Positions 37,920 through 48,205 of a DNA stretch of 59,894 nucleotides are shown piece after piece. The notes under the pieces are model-generated. The model saw only the letters and a program-made list of their open reading frames with translations. It had not been told where the DNA came from and made no database searches. The number at the start of each line of letters is the position of its first letter. Positions within the stretch are counted from its first letter, which is position 1. The DNA is from Candidatus Buchananbacteria bacterium (GTDB lineage: Bacteria > Patescibacteriota > Patescibacteriia > Buchananbacterales > UBA6539). The stretch is from positions 1-59,894 of the forward strand of contig JBAYLH010000007.1 of assembly GCA_041664165.1 (NCBI GenBank). The letters run 5' to 3'. The position numbers and the translations under genes are program-made.

Positions 37920-39263
37920 TTATTTTATTTCATTGACAAAATCAACCAGCTCCCGCTTTTTCGAAAGCAGTTTCTCTTCGGTATCAGCTTCAACCGTAAC
38001 CCGTAATAACGGTTCGGTATTAGAAGCCCTGGCGTTAAACCACCAGTCATTATATTCAACCGTCAAACCATCCAAAAAATCCTGTTTGCCGTCGCGATAT
38101 TGCTTTTTAAATTCGGCGATTACCCGGTCAATCGTTTGCCGGTTTTCAAAAACTAAATTTTCTTCCGGTGCCTTGGCGTATTTATAAAAAGGCTTAACGA
38201 TTTCGGAAAGCGGCTGATTTTGCCGTGAAAGCAGCTCAAGCAAAATTACCAAAGGAATAAAACCGGAATCAGAATAAGCGTTATCCCGAAAACAGTAATG
38301 AGCCGCCAATTCCCCACCCATTATTCCCTGATTCTTTTTTAAACCGTCGCTCACGTTGACAAAGCCGACTTTGGTTCTGATCGGTTTGCCGCCCCACTCT
38401 TTGATTTTTTCCGGAACAATTTTTGAACAAATTAAATTATAGGCGATGCTGGCGCCCGGTTCGCGGCGCAAAAATTCTTTGGCTAAAAGCAATAAGGTAA
38501 TATCCGCCCGGATAAACTTGCCTTTTTCATCGACAAAAAATAGCCGGTCGGTATCGCCGTCAAAAATTACGCCGAAGTCCGCTTTTTGCCTGACCACTTC
38601 TCGCGTAATTTGAATTTGGCTTTCAGGCAGAAGCGGATTAGAAGGATGAACGGGAAAACTGCCGTCCAGCTTGAAATTCAAAGGGATAACTTTAATCGGC
38701 AAATGAGGTTCAAGTAACGGGGTAATTTTTCCGGCCATGCCGTTACCCGCATCAATAATGACTTTCAAATTTTTTATTTTTTTTGGATTGCAGAAAGAAA
38801 GAACATGCTTGATATAATCAGGTAAAATATCAACTGCCTCGACTTTGCCTTTGGTCTTGGCTATTTTTTTCGGCAGCTTCAAAACATCGTTTAACAAAGC
38901 TTCGCCGCGCAGCCATTTAGTTTTAGCTAAAATCATCTTGAAACCGTTATATTCCTTGGGATTATGGGAAGCGGTAACCATTATTCCGCCGGCATATTTC
39001 AAAATACCGACGGCGACATAAACCGTATCAATCGTTACTAAGCCAATATCCGCCACATCAACGCCTTCGTCGGTAATGCCTTCAATTAGCTTAGCTTTCA
39101 GCGCCGGGCCGGACAAACGCATATCGCTGCCGACCGCTACTTTTTTGGCTTTGGTTTTTCTGGCAAAGGCCCGGCCAATCAGATAAGCCGCCTCTTCATT
39201 AAGCTCGGCCGGATAAACTCCCCGAATATCGTAAGATTTAAAAATTTTTTGGTTAATCGCCAT
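37920..39263 (-). CDS. Phosphomannomutase/phosphoglucomutase
   Basis: IFKSYDIRG, VTASHNP, FDGDTDR, GGELAAH and RASNTEP motifs. Confidence 0.96.
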   Translation of the reverse strand: MAINQKIFKSYDIRGVYPAELNEEAAYLIGRAFARKTKAKKVAVGSDMRLSGPALKAKLIEGITDEGVDVADIGLVTIDTVYVAVGILKYAGGIMVTASHNPKEYNGFKMILAKTKWLRGEALLNDVLKLPKKIAKTKGKVEAVDILPDYIKHVLSFCNPKKIKNLKVIIDAGNGMAGKITPLLEPHLPIKVIPLNFKLDGSFPVHPSNPLLPESQIQITREVVRQKADFGVIFDGDTDRLFFVDEKGKFIRADITLLLLAKEFLRREPGASIAYNLICSKIVPEKIKEWGGKPIRTKVGFVNVSDGLKKNQGIMGGELAAHYCFRDNAYSDSGFIPLVILLELLSRQNQPLSEIVKPFYKYAKAPEENLVFENRQTIDRVIAEFKKQYRDGKQDFLDGLTVEYNDWWFNARASNTEPLLRVTVEADTEEKLLSKKRELVDFVNEIK

Positions 39264-39267
39264 TATT

Positions 39268-40428
39268 TTAACGGTAAGTTTTGATTAAATATTTTTTAGT
39301 CTGAATCATCGCCCCAAACGCCCACAAAACCAAAGCCAGTCTGGCCAGCCAGCCCAAAAACGGAATTGAACCAACGATAACAAAAATCAGAAGTCCTAGC
39401 ACTAACGGCCACATCAAGCTGCCTTTGTGTTTTTTGCCCGGCGCCAAGCTGTCCAAAATTACCAAGCCAATCACAAAAGCGGCGATTATCTTGCTGAGGT
39501 ATAAACCAATCAGATATAAAGGAATAATTATCAAAGCCAAAGGCAGGCCGATAATCGTCATCATTAATAAAATAGTAGCGGCCGGAATAACGATTAAATA
39601 AACTAAGCCCCAGCCGATTGACGGCCAGATTCTTTTCAGCATTTCTTCCTTAATTTCCAAAACCGGCTTCGGAATCAAAGTGATTAAAACCAAACCGACA
39701 ACCAACAGACTGAATAAAGAAATAATTTTTAATAGCCCAACCGCCGAATTAAAACTTTTCTGCCAGTCTGACTGAGCTGATAAATCTCGGGCTTCTCTCG
39801 TAATCTTGCCAATAACAACCGAACCCTCTTTCAAAATTAGCTGCTGGTCATTTACCGCCTGGTAATTCAAATTGCCAGTGATGCTGGCCTCGGGCGCCAA
39901 GGTTAATTTACCGTCGCTGCCAAGCGCGGCGGTAATGTCGCCGCCGACTTGGTTGGCAATTAAAATATTAGCACCGGTAACGGCAACGCGGCGGTCAACC
40001 GCTCCTTTGATTGCGATGTCAGCCGCCGTGCTATAAAAATCCCAGCCGACCCAGGCGTCCGAATTTAAAACGACGCTGCTGCCGAGCGCCCAGACGTTAT
40101 GGCTGACGTTGCCGTCAATTTCAATGTTACTGCCCAAAACCCGGACACTGCCGGAAACATCGCCTTTAATTTTGATATTGCTGCCTAAAATAATGACGTC
40201 GCCGGCCACCGGACCGGAGATGGTGATATTATTGCCTAAAATCATAACATCGCCGTTAACCGCGCCGGCTAAATCGATATTTTCACCGGCTTTGATAAAA
40301 TTGCCTTCAATGATTTCATCGGGTCCGACCGAATCCGGCTGATTTTTCGCAGCAAAAACTAAAACCGGCAAGGTAATAAAAAAAAGACCCGCTAGAATAA
40401 AAATTGATAACTTTTTAAATTTTTTCAT
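39268..40428 (-). CDS. Exported beta-helix (bactofilin-like repeats) protein with C-terminal multi-TM domain
   Basis: Repeats GxVxGDVxxxGxxIxI; signal peptide; about four C-terminal TM helices. Confidence 0.8.
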   Translation of the reverse strand: MKKFKKLSIFILAGLFFITLPVLVFAAKNQPDSVGPDEIIEGNFIKAGENIDLAGAVNGDVMILGNNITISGPVAGDVIILGSNIKIKGDVSGSVRVLGSNIEIDGNVSHNVWALGSSVVLNSDAWVGWDFYSTAADIAIKGAVDRRVAVTGANILIANQVGGDITAALGSDGKLTLAPEASITGNLNYQAVNDQQLILKEGSVVIGKITREARDLSAQSDWQKSFNSAVGLLKIISLFSLLVVGLVLITLIPKPVLEIKEEMLKRIWPSIGWGLVYLIVIPAATILLMMTIIGLPLALIIIPLYLIGLYLSKIIAAFVIGLVILDSLAPGKKHKGSLMWPLVLGLLIFVIVGSIPFLGWLARLALVLWAFGAMIQTKKYLIKTYR

Positions 40429-40473
40429 AAATTTTATAATGTTAATTATCGGCTTTTTATTAGTATTATATTA

Positions 40474-41202
40474 TCATTTTTTGGCAATACTGACAAGATT
40501 GGCGGCTTTAAAATAATCAAACCTCGCCGCCCGACCACCGGACCAAAAAGCTAAATAATTTTTTTCTAATTTTAAACCAGACCGGCTGAATAATCTTTTT
40601 AACTCGCCTAAAGTAAAAGCGTGATAATAGCGGAAAGCTTTGCCTTTCATCCAGGGCAAATAGATGTCTTTAAAATCCAAGTCACTATGGCCGATTAGTT
40701 TTAGCCAGGCGTGTTTGATGATATAATGCAGGTAGTTTAATTGCCAGCGGTTCCAGTTAGTCATTACTAAAATTCCGCCCGGTTTCAAAACTCTTTTGAT
40801 TTCCGCCAGAGTTTTTAACCTTAATTCCCGGCCGGGCAAGTGGTGCAAAACGGCGACTAGAAAAACTACGTCAAAATAGTTATCAGAGAAAGGCAGCTTG
40901 AAAACATTCGCTTGAATAAATTTTTGGCTGTTCAGCTTGAAATCTAATCTTTTTTCTGCTACGCTTAAAAGCTCGCTTGAACTATCAACACCGAAATAAT
41001 CAAGCGGCATATCTTTAAATAACAGACGCAACTTACCGTTGCCGCAGCCTAAATCTAAGACTTTATCCCTCGGCTGAACATACTTTTTAAAATCCTTCAG
41101 CCCGGGCCAAAGATAGCTTCTGGTCTGGTTAAAATCCGAAGCAATCGCGTCGTAGCTATTCTTCGTCTGTTCTAATATTTTTTGCGCTGTTTGCAGTTTC
41201 AT
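40474..41202 (-). CDS. Class I SAM-dependent methyltransferase
   Basis: VLDLGCGNG, GVDSS and AVLHH motifs. Confidence 0.9.
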   Translation of the reverse strand: MKLQTAQKILEQTKNSYDAIASDFNQTRSYLWPGLKDFKKYVQPRDKVLDLGCGNGKLRLLFKDMPLDYFGVDSSSELLSVAEKRLDFKLNSQKFIQANVFKLPFSDNYFDVVFLVAVLHHLPGRELRLKTLAEIKRVLKPGGILVMTNWNRWQLNYLHYIIKHAWLKLIGHSDLDFKDIYLPWMKGKAFRYYHAFTLGELKRLFSRSGLKLEKNYLAFWSGGRAARFDYFKAANLVSIAKK

Positions 41203-41213
41203 AAACTAATTTC

Positions 41214-41340
41214 TTGTCATTCTGAACCCCGACGCAGCAACGCAGTTAGTATGCAGTCGGGGTGAAGAATCTCTAACTATTCGAGTGTGTGAGATTCTTC
41301 GGTCGTCCAAATTTATGCCTAGACTCCCTCAGAATGACAC
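41214..41340. repeat. REP/BIME-like palindromic unit (GTCATTCTGA...GAAGAATCT / AGATTCTTC...TCAGAATGAC)
   Basis: Terminal inverted repeats tgtcattctga/tcagaatgaca; similar unit at 48206-48317. Confidence 0.75.
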
Positions 41341-41347
41341 ATAAAAA

Positions 41348-42922
41348 ATGAATAAAAAACTAACCATCATCGTCAAAAGCCTAATCAAAGCCAGGGTAAA
41401 CTCCCGGGCTAATCTTTTGAATCTTAAACGCCAGCTGTCCAACCGGCAAAAAATCGCGCCGCCGCTAAACTCCGATTTATTCAGGATTTACCGTCAGCTT
41501 TTAAAAAAGAAAGCGATTAAACCAAACCCAGCTTTGGAAACTTTTTTTCGCAAACGGGAAATCCGAACATTATCCGGCGTGGCTCCCATTACCGTTTTGA
41601 CCAAACCCTATCCTTGTCCGGGTCATTGCATCTATTGCCCCGATGAACCCGGCATGCCGAAAAGCTATCTTTCCAACGAACCGGCCGCGGCCCGAGCCAA
41701 AGGCACTAAATTTGACCCGTTCAAGCAAGTCAAGGTTCGCCTCAAAGCTTTGGCCAATAACGGCCATTCAACCGACAAAGTCGAGCTGATTGTTTTGGGC
41801 GGCAGCTGGACGGCTTACCCAAAAAATTACCAGACTTGGTTTATCAAAAAATGTTTTGACGCCTTAAACGGCAAAAGCGCGAAAACTTTGGCCGCCGCCC
41901 AGAAATTAAACGAAACGGCGAAACACCGCTGCGTCGGCTTGACTTTGGAAACCCGGCCGGATTTAATTGATACCGAAGAAATCAAGCGAATGCGCAAACT
42001 CGGCTGCACCCGCCTTGAATTGGGCGTTCAGAGTATTTATGATCCTATCTTAAAACTAAACAAAAGAGGCCAGACTGTCAAACAAACAATCGAGGCCACC
42101 AAATTGCTCAAGCAGTCCGGTTTCAAAGTGATGTACCATTTGATGCCGAATTTGCCCGGCAGCAGCCCGGCTTTGGATTTGAAGATGTTTAAACGGCTTT
42201 TTTCCGATTCCGACTTCCAGCCGGATCTGCTGAAAATTTATCCCTGCATTGTTACCAAAAATTCCGTTTTATGCCGCTGGTACCGGCAAAAAAAGTTTCG
42301 ACCCTATTCTGACAAACAATTGAAAGACTTGCTGATTAAAATTAAAAAAACTGTCCCGAGCTACGTCCGAATTACCCGGTTAATCCGCGATATTCCGGCC
42401 GAAAGCATTGTTGCCGGCAACAAGATTACCAATCTTCGCCAGATTATTGCCAATGATTTCAAAGGCTGCAAATGCATCCGCTGCCGCGAAGCCGGACACC
42501 AAAAAAGTTCAGGGTTTTCCGCCAAAGGCGGAAAAGTTAAAAGTTTAAAGCTATTTACTAAAAAATACCAAGCATCGGAAGGTATTGAATATTTTTTGAG
42601 TTATGAGTCAAAAAACCGGAAAATTCTTTATGCTTTTTTGCGCTTGAGGATAAACGATAATGCCAACGAAAACTTTATCGACGAATTAAAAGGCGCGGCA
42701 ATTATCCGCGAGCTGCATACCTACGGCGAACTGGCGCCATTAGGCCAGGCCGGAAAAGTCCAGCACTTAGGTTTGGGTAAAAAATTGATTTTTGAGGCTG
42801 AAAAAATTGCTAGAAAAAATAAGCTAAAAAGGATCGCCGTCATTTCCGGAATTGGCGTTCGGCAATATTACCAAAAATTAAGCTATAAACTGGAAGGAAC
42901 TTACCTGGTTAAAATCTTATAA
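41348..42922 (+). CDS. elp3: Elp3-like radical SAM tRNA uridine(34) acetyltransferase
   Basis: CPGHCIYCP, LETRPD, ELGVQS, IRELHTYG and QHLGLGK (GNAT) motifs. Confidence 0.93.
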   Translation: MNKKLTIIVKSLIKARVNSRANLLNLKRQLSNRQKIAPPLNSDLFRIYRQLLKKKAIKPNPALETFFRKREIRTLSGVAPITVLTKPYPCPGHCIYCPDEPGMPKSYLSNEPAAARAKGTKFDPFKQVKVRLKALANNGHSTDKVELIVLGGSWTAYPKNYQTWFIKKCFDALNGKSAKTLAAAQKLNETAKHRCVGLTLETRPDLIDTEEIKRMRKLGCTRLELGVQSIYDPILKLNKRGQTVKQTIEATKLLKQSGFKVMYHLMPNLPGSSPALDLKMFKRLFSDSDFQPDLLKIYPCIVTKNSVLCRWYRQKKFRPYSDKQLKDLLIKIKKTVPSYVRITRLIRDIPAESIVAGNKITNLRQIIANDFKGCKCIRCREAGHQKSSGFSAKGGKVKSLKLFTKKYQASEGIEYFLSYESKNRKILYAFLRLRINDNANENFIDELKGAAIIRELHTYGELAPLGQAGKVQHLGLGKKLIFEAEKIARKNKLKRIAVISGIGVRQYYQKLSYKLEGTYLVKIL

Positions 42923-43000
42923 AAGGGACAAAGCTTGGTGCGGGGTTAAAAAAAAGTGATCCAATCCTGAGACTGGACCACGTAGAACTTACGCTTCAAG

Positions 43001-43336
43001 CTACTGCATCGGCTTAAAGCGTTCCTCGACGACGACGGAAAGATCGAACGTCTTCTCTCCACCGCCCGGCACATTAATGACGGCTGCCAAGCCTTGCGTG
43101 CACGGCAACCTCTTGGGATCAACCGGTCCCATGAAATTGATCGGGACTGAGAAAGCACAGCCATCCTTTCCGCAGGGTGTGCACATGACGGCGCGGCCGT
43201 CGTGCAAGCGCAAGTAACCACTCCCGCGACAAGTGCCGAGGCAGGCATTACCGCCGCCGCCTTGATGCGCCGGGAATACTACTCCAGCCGCTTCTGCCGT
43301 TACCGGTGCGGCCGCCAATCCATCCGTATTCGTCAT
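43001..43336 (-). CDS. Hypothetical small protein with CxxxC/CxxC pairs
   Basis: SD AAAGGAG before the ATG; own TTGACA promoter near 43497; GC-richer than flanks. Confidence 0.55.
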   Translation of the reverse strand: MTNTDGLAAAPVTAEAAGVVFPAHQGGGGNACLGTCRGSGYLRLHDGRAVMCTPCGKDGCAFSVPINFMGPVDPKRLPCTQGLAAVINVPGGGEKTFDLSVVVEERFKPMQ

Positions 43337-43521
43337 CGTAGTACCACTCCTTTTTGTTTGGCTTGCGCGTATTATGCGCCGCCGTTTCTGCCTATGTTTA
43401 AGCCATGGTCATACCCACGGCAACTAAGGTAATCAAAGGACATGTCTAAAATAATAACCTTATACCATACTCTTTTCAAAATAGCTTGTCAAGGCCAATT
43501 TCCCGTTATATAATAAAAACG

Positions 43522-43929
43522 ATGAAAAACGATAACTACAAATTTAATAACGTCATCATTGCTGCCGGCCCGGTGATTATTAAGGGTGGCAAGGTTTTAC
43601 TCAATAAACACGGCGAAGGCAGGCTTTGGAAATTCCCCGGCGGCGATATTTACGAAGCCACCGGCGATTTGGAAAACTGGGCCTGTAAAAAAGCCAAAGA
43701 AGAAATGGGTCTTGACGTCAAATTGATCAGGCCGCTTAAACCCATGGTAATTTGGCAAGCTGACGAAGTGATAATTTTAATCCATTATTTAGCCGAAATG
43801 ACCAGCGAAGAAATCAAACCGGCTGACTACATTTTAGATTACCAATGGCTAGACATTAATAATCTGCCGGCTGACTGTTCGCCTAATATTAAACCAGTGG
43901 TTGATGAATATAAAAATTCAATAAGCTAA
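43522..43929 (+). CDS. NUDIX hydrolase
   Basis: WKFPGG...ACKKAKEEMG degenerate Nudix box; ATG at 43522 chosen. Confidence 0.8.
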   Translation: MKNDNYKFNNVIIAAGPVIIKGGKVLLNKHGEGRLWKFPGGDIYEATGDLENWACKKAKEEMGLDVKLIRPLKPMVIWQADEVIILIHYLAEMTSEEIKPADYILDYQWLDINNLPADCSPNIKPVVDEYKNSIS

Positions 43930-44090
43930 GATTAACAACCGACATGATTTTTGAATCCCTTGAATTCAAATAACAAATTAACTCAGGCCGCCGAAAAATC
44001 TTTTGTTTTACAGGCGGTTTTTTGTTTGCTAAACTTAAATAACTACCTAATTCCTAATCCCTAATCCCTAATCCCTAATTTCCTAAATAT

Positions 44091-45344
44091 ATGATCTACG
44101 AACAACTCCCCAAACAAGACCCCCAAATTGCCGACTTGGTCCGAAAAGAAATCGGCCGACAGCAAAATGGCTTAGTCATGATTGCTTCGGAAAACCACGC
44201 TTCGGTGGCGGTTTTAGAAGCGATGGCCACGGTTTTATCCAATAAATATTCCGAAGGCTACCCCAATAAACGCTATTACACCGGCAACCAATTCATTGAC
44301 CAGGTAGAACAATTGGCCATTGACCGGGCGAAAACTCTATTCAACGCCGAGCACGCCAATGTCCAGCCGAACGCCGGCAGTCCGGCTAATTTGGCCATTT
44401 ACCTGGCCACGCTCAAACCCGGCGACAAAGTCATGGGCATGAAGCTTGACCAGGGCGGCCATTTGACCCACGGCCATCCGGTCAACCTCTCCGGCCAGCT
44501 TTATAACTTCGTTCAATACGGCGTCAAAAAAGATACGGAACTAATTGACATGGATGAAATCCGGGAACAGGCGTTAAGAGAAAAACCAAAAATGATTGTT
44601 ACCGGCGCCACGGCTTATCCCCGTATTTTTGATTTCAAAGCCTTCCGTGAAATCTGCGATGAAATCGGCGCCACGCTGCTCGCTGACATTTCCCATTTTG
44701 TCGGACTTTGCATTTCCGGCGATCACCCTCACCCGTTTCCGTATGCGGATTTTGTCATGACCACGACTCATAAGACTTTGCGCGGTCCGCGCAGCGCCAT
44801 AATTTTGTGCAAAGAAAATTACGCCAAAGCCATTGACAAAGCGATTTTCCCCGGCATGCAAGGCGGGCCGCTAGAACATATCATTGCCGCCAAGGCTGTC
44901 TGTTTTGCCGAAGCTTCCACGCCTGAGTTCAAAATTTACGCTTCGCAAATTGCCAAAAACGCCAAAGCCTTAGCCGCGGTTTTGATGGCCGAAGGCATTA
45001 GGTTAGTCTCCGGCGGCACGGATAATCATTTAATGCTAATTGACTGCGGGCCGCTAAAAATTACCGGCCGGCTCGGCTCCGAAGCTTTAGCGGCCGGCGG
45101 CATCTACACTAACCGCAACACGATTCCTTATGATCCGGGTTCGGCCTTTGAACCGTCCGGCATTCGAATCGGCACGCCGGCGGTAACCACCCGCGGGATG
45201 AAAGAACCGCAGATGGAAATTATCGGCAAAATTATCGCCAAAGTTTTAAAAAATCCAACCAGCGACGAAACAATCAAAGAACTGAAAAATACGGTTACTC
45301 AGCTGACCGAAGAATTTCCCGTGTACGAAGGAATGACAATTTAA
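44091..45344 (+). CDS. glyA: Serine hydroxymethyltransferase
   Basis: MIASEN, YSEGYP, GGHLTHG, TTTHKTLRGPR and GIRIGTPA motifs. Confidence 0.98.
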   Translation: MIYEQLPKQDPQIADLVRKEIGRQQNGLVMIASENHASVAVLEAMATVLSNKYSEGYPNKRYYTGNQFIDQVEQLAIDRAKTLFNAEHANVQPNAGSPANLAIYLATLKPGDKVMGMKLDQGGHLTHGHPVNLSGQLYNFVQYGVKKDTELIDMDEIREQALREKPKMIVTGATAYPRIFDFKAFREICDEIGATLLADISHFVGLCISGDHPHPFPYADFVMTTTHKTLRGPRSAIILCKENYAKAIDKAIFPGMQGGPLEHIIAAKAVCFAEASTPEFKIYASQIAKNAKALAAVLMAEGIRLVSGGTDNHLMLIDCGPLKITGRLGSEALAAGGIYTNRNTIPYDPGSAFEPSGIRIGTPAVTTRGMKEPQMEIIGKIIAKVLKNPTSDETIKELKNTVTQLTEEFPVYEGMTI

Positions 45345-45380
45345 GCAAGCTAAATTTTAAGTTTTCGGCAAGATAAGCCA

Positions 45381-45441
45381 CTTATCTTGCTTATCTCGCT
45401 TATCTCGCTTATCTTGCTTATCTCGCTTACCACTTATCTTG
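45381..45441 (+). repeat. 9-bp tandem repeat (CTTATCTYG)n between glyA and folD
   Basis: About six copies visible. Confidence 0.85.
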
Positions 45442-45446
45442 TTTAC

Positions 45447-46292
45447 ATGCCTGCTCAAATAATCGACGGCAAAACCATTGCCGAAAATATCCTACTAGAC
45501 TTAAAGACCAAAATTACTGGCCTAAAACGCCAGCCTGGCTTAGCCGTGATTTTAGTCGGCGACGATCCGGCTTCGCATCTTTACGTCAAAAACAAAAAGA
45601 AAGCCGCCCAAAAAATCGGCGTGGTTTTTAATGATTACTACTGCGGCCAGAAATGCTGCCCCCAGGCCACGGCTAAAGAGGTTTTGGAAATGATTGATTT
45701 TTTAAATAATGATCAAGCTATCGACGGCATCATTGTCCAGCTGCCTTTGCCCAAAAATTTTGACCGAGAAAAAATTATTAACCAAATTTCACCGGCCAAA
45801 GACGTTGACGGTTTCCATTCACAAAACCAAAAAGATTATTTAGCCGACCAAAGCCCGATTACGCCGCCGTTAATTGGCGCCGTTAATGAAGCGCTGAAAG
45901 CCACCGGCCAAAATTTAGCCGGCAAAAATGCCGTCATTGTCGCTAAGGGCGAAATTTTTGCCGAAGCTCTAAAAAAAGATTTGGAAAACCAAGGTTTAAA
46001 AGTTAAAATCAGCAAACCCGACCGCGCCCTGGCTGGCCTGACCAAACAAGCGGATGTCTTAGTTGTTATTTTGGGCCAGAAAAAATTCATCACCAAAAAT
46101 ATGGTCAAGCCGGAGGCAATTATCATCGACATCGGCACTAATTTAATTGGTGAAAATAAATTTGTCGGCGACGCTAGTCCTGAGGTCGCCGAAGTAGCGG
46201 GTTTTCTCACGCCGGTGCCGGGCGGCATTGGCCCGCTGACAGTCGCGATGCTTTTAAAAAATGTTTACGAACTGGCAAAAAATAATCAATAG
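45447..46292 (+). CDS. folD: Bifunctional methylenetetrahydrofolate dehydrogenase/cyclohydrolase
   Basis: IIDGK, LAVILVG, GIIVQLPLP, KDVDG and TPVPGGIGPLTVAML motifs; ATG at 45447. Confidence 0.96.
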   Translation: MPAQIIDGKTIAENILLDLKTKITGLKRQPGLAVILVGDDPASHLYVKNKKKAAQKIGVVFNDYYCGQKCCPQATAKEVLEMIDFLNNDQAIDGIIVQLPLPKNFDREKIINQISPAKDVDGFHSQNQKDYLADQSPITPPLIGAVNEALKATGQNLAGKNAVIVAKGEIFAEALKKDLENQGLKVKISKPDRALAGLTKQADVLVVILGQKKFITKNMVKPEAIIIDIGTNLIGENKFVGDASPEVAEVAGFLTPVPGGIGPLTVAMLLKNVYELAKNNQ

Positions 46293-46350
46293 CTGAATTT
46301 ACTAAAAAAGACTGAGAAATTTTCCCGGCCTTTTTTAGTACCTAGAATTT

Positions 46351-46791
46351 TTAAACTTTGGGCATTATTGGCGGCTGCGGTTGATTTGGCATTTTGGCAA
46401 TTTCGCCGCCATGAGTCATTTTCGCCGCCAAAACAACACCGGCAAACATTAATAAAAATCCAACCCATAAATTCCACATGCCATAAAATGTTTTTAAGCC
46501 GGCAAAGTAGCCGGCGCCAGCTTTGACGTATTGAACCGTAATTAATAAATCTAAAACTCCGCCGACCAAAAACCAAACCGCGCCCAAAGCTAAGCCGTCT
46601 TTTAGCTCACCCGGGTTTTTCTTGAAATAAATCCGGGCCAAAATAAAGCTGGCCGCGCCCGACAGGACAATTTCTAAAATTTTCTGCCAAATTGCTGGTA
46701 ACGGCGCGACCATTAAGGCCGAAACACCGATAAACATGACCACCCAAAGCCCCAAGGCTAAGGCAATCGCGGTAATCCAATTTTTTACCAT
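46351..46791 (-). CDS. Hypothetical 4-TM membrane protein
   Basis: Four hydrophobic segments, host-like codon usage. Confidence 0.75.
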   Translation of the reverse strand: MVKNWITAIALALGLWVVMFIGVSALMVAPLPAIWQKILEIVLSGAASFILARIYFKKNPGELKDGLALGAVWFLVGGVLDLLITVQYVKAGAGYFAGLKTFYGMWNLWVGFLLMFAGVVLAAKMTHGGEIAKMPNQPQPPIMPKV

Positions 46792-46876
46792 AAGTTTTAA
46801 AATAGCGATACTAATTATCCCAATTTAAATATTTTTGGTAATTAAAGTAATCGGGATGGTTAGTATCGGTTATTAA

Positions 46877-47266
46877 TTAATAATTTTTTATCAAATTGCA
46901 ATTGCCGTCAATTTCCACGTAGTGATGAGCCTTGCCGTCGCGAAAATTCGAACATTGGTTTTTTGGATCATTATCCTCCGGCGTTCGCGGCGAATGAGCC
47001 ACGTCGCAAACCCAATCCGGAATAATCTCATTATTTAAACAGGGACCAACGGCCATATTTTCGCCGTCGGAAGATAAAATATTTTGGCATAGTTCCTGGC
47101 ATTTAACGGTCGCCAAAGTTTTATCCGCCTGCAATTTTTGTTCAATCTGAACTTTGCCCGTAACGTAATCCGCAAAATTAGCAACCGGATTATTCGCCAG
47201 CTCACAGCCGGCTAAAATAAAAAAACCGCAACTGGCTAAAAACATAATTTTAATAATTTTTTTCAT
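46877..47266 (-). CDS. Hypothetical lipoprotein with Cys motifs
   Basis: Lipobox ILAGC; GPCL...WVCDVAH...C; SD AAGGAGG before the ATG at 47266. Confidence 0.75.
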   Translation of the reverse strand: MKKIIKIMFLASCGFFILAGCELANNPVANFADYVTGKVQIEQKLQADKTLATVKCQELCQNILSSDGENMAVGPCLNNEIIPDWVCDVAHSPRTPEDNDPKNQCSNFRDGKAHHYVEIDGNCNLIKNY

Positions 47267-47292
47267 ACCTGCCTCCTTAGCTATATTATATA

Positions 47293-47754
47293 TCATTTTA
47301 CCATTTTAAACAGCAGCCAATTTTTGCCTTTCAGCTGAAACAAAACGTAATTGCCTTTCAGTTTTTTCCCCCTAAGCTCAAACTTCAAAGACTTGAGCGT
47401 AGATTCCAGCAACTTAAACTTGCCCTGATCCCAAATTTCCACTTTGCCCGCGCCATAATTGCCTTCGGGAATGATGCCGGAAAAATTAAGGTAACTGACC
47501 GGATGGTCTTCCACGGCCACGGCCAAATGTTTTATTTTCGGTACAACCGGTATCCCTTTCGGCACGGCCCAAGATTTTAAAACAATTTTTCCAAAGTCAA
47601 CTTCGGCGGGCAGCTCCAGCCGAAAATCATAATGCAAGTGGCTGGCCTGGTGTTTTTGAACGACAAAACGGTTTAAACTTTTAATTTTGGCCAAAGCTTT
47701 TGGCTCCGGCGTTTTAGTAAAATTTCTTTTCTTTTTATACTTTTGTAAAACCAT
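47293..47754 (-). CDS. Stand-alone LigD 3'-phosphoesterase domain protein
   Basis: YKKKRNFTKTPEP, FVVQKHQASHLHYDFRLE, LKSWAVPKG, EDHP and YGAGKVEIWD motifs. Confidence 0.92.
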   Translation of the reverse strand: MVLQKYKKKRNFTKTPEPKALAKIKSLNRFVVQKHQASHLHYDFRLELPAEVDFGKIVLKSWAVPKGIPVVPKIKHLAVAVEDHPVSYLNFSGIIPEGNYGAGKVEIWDQGKFKLLESTLKSLKFELRGKKLKGNYVLFQLKGKNWLLFKMVK

Positions 47755-47850
47755 TTGTTTAAATCAGAAATCAGAAATAAGAGATAAAAAATAAGAAATA
47801 AGAGACAGAGATAGAACTTATCTCTGATTTTTTTATTTATTGATTTCAGC

Positions 47851-48138
47851 CTAGTCTTTCAAATACGCCAAATCGCCGACTTTCACCGGCTGGCTGACTT
47901 TCAAACCGACTGAATCGCCGGCTTTGGCTGAAATTACCTGGCTGTGTTCAACCTGCATCGAATCAACCGGCTGGGAAAAATCACCCTGAGCAGTGGCAAT
48001 GACGATAGTATCGCCAACCTTTAAATCACTAGTTAGCACCAAAACGGCCACGCCGATTTTGTTAAAATAATGGGTGATTTTGCCAATTGGTTTTCCTTTG
48101 ATCGGCTCGGTTTTTTTAGCGGTTTTTTCTTGATCCAT
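47851..48138 (-). CDS. Small translation-factor-like beta-barrel protein
   Basis: IGKITHYFNKIGVAV and AKAGDSVGLKV motifs. Confidence 0.8.
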   Translation of the reverse strand: MDQEKTAKKTEPIKGKPIGKITHYFNKIGVAVLVLTSDLKVGDTIVIATAQGDFSQPVDSMQVEHSQVISAKAGDSVGLKVSQPVKVGDLAYLKD

Positions 48139-48205
48139 ATACTAAAAGCGTAGCGCTGGCGGGCAAAAAAGTCAAAGTGCTGTATGCAAGTGCGAAAAAA
48201 AATTT

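Noticed and set aside
45387-45446. N-terminal extension of FolD (LISLISLILLISL) resembling a signal peptide
   Set aside because: It is the translation of the intergenic 9-bp repeat; the conserved FolD start is the ATG at 45447.
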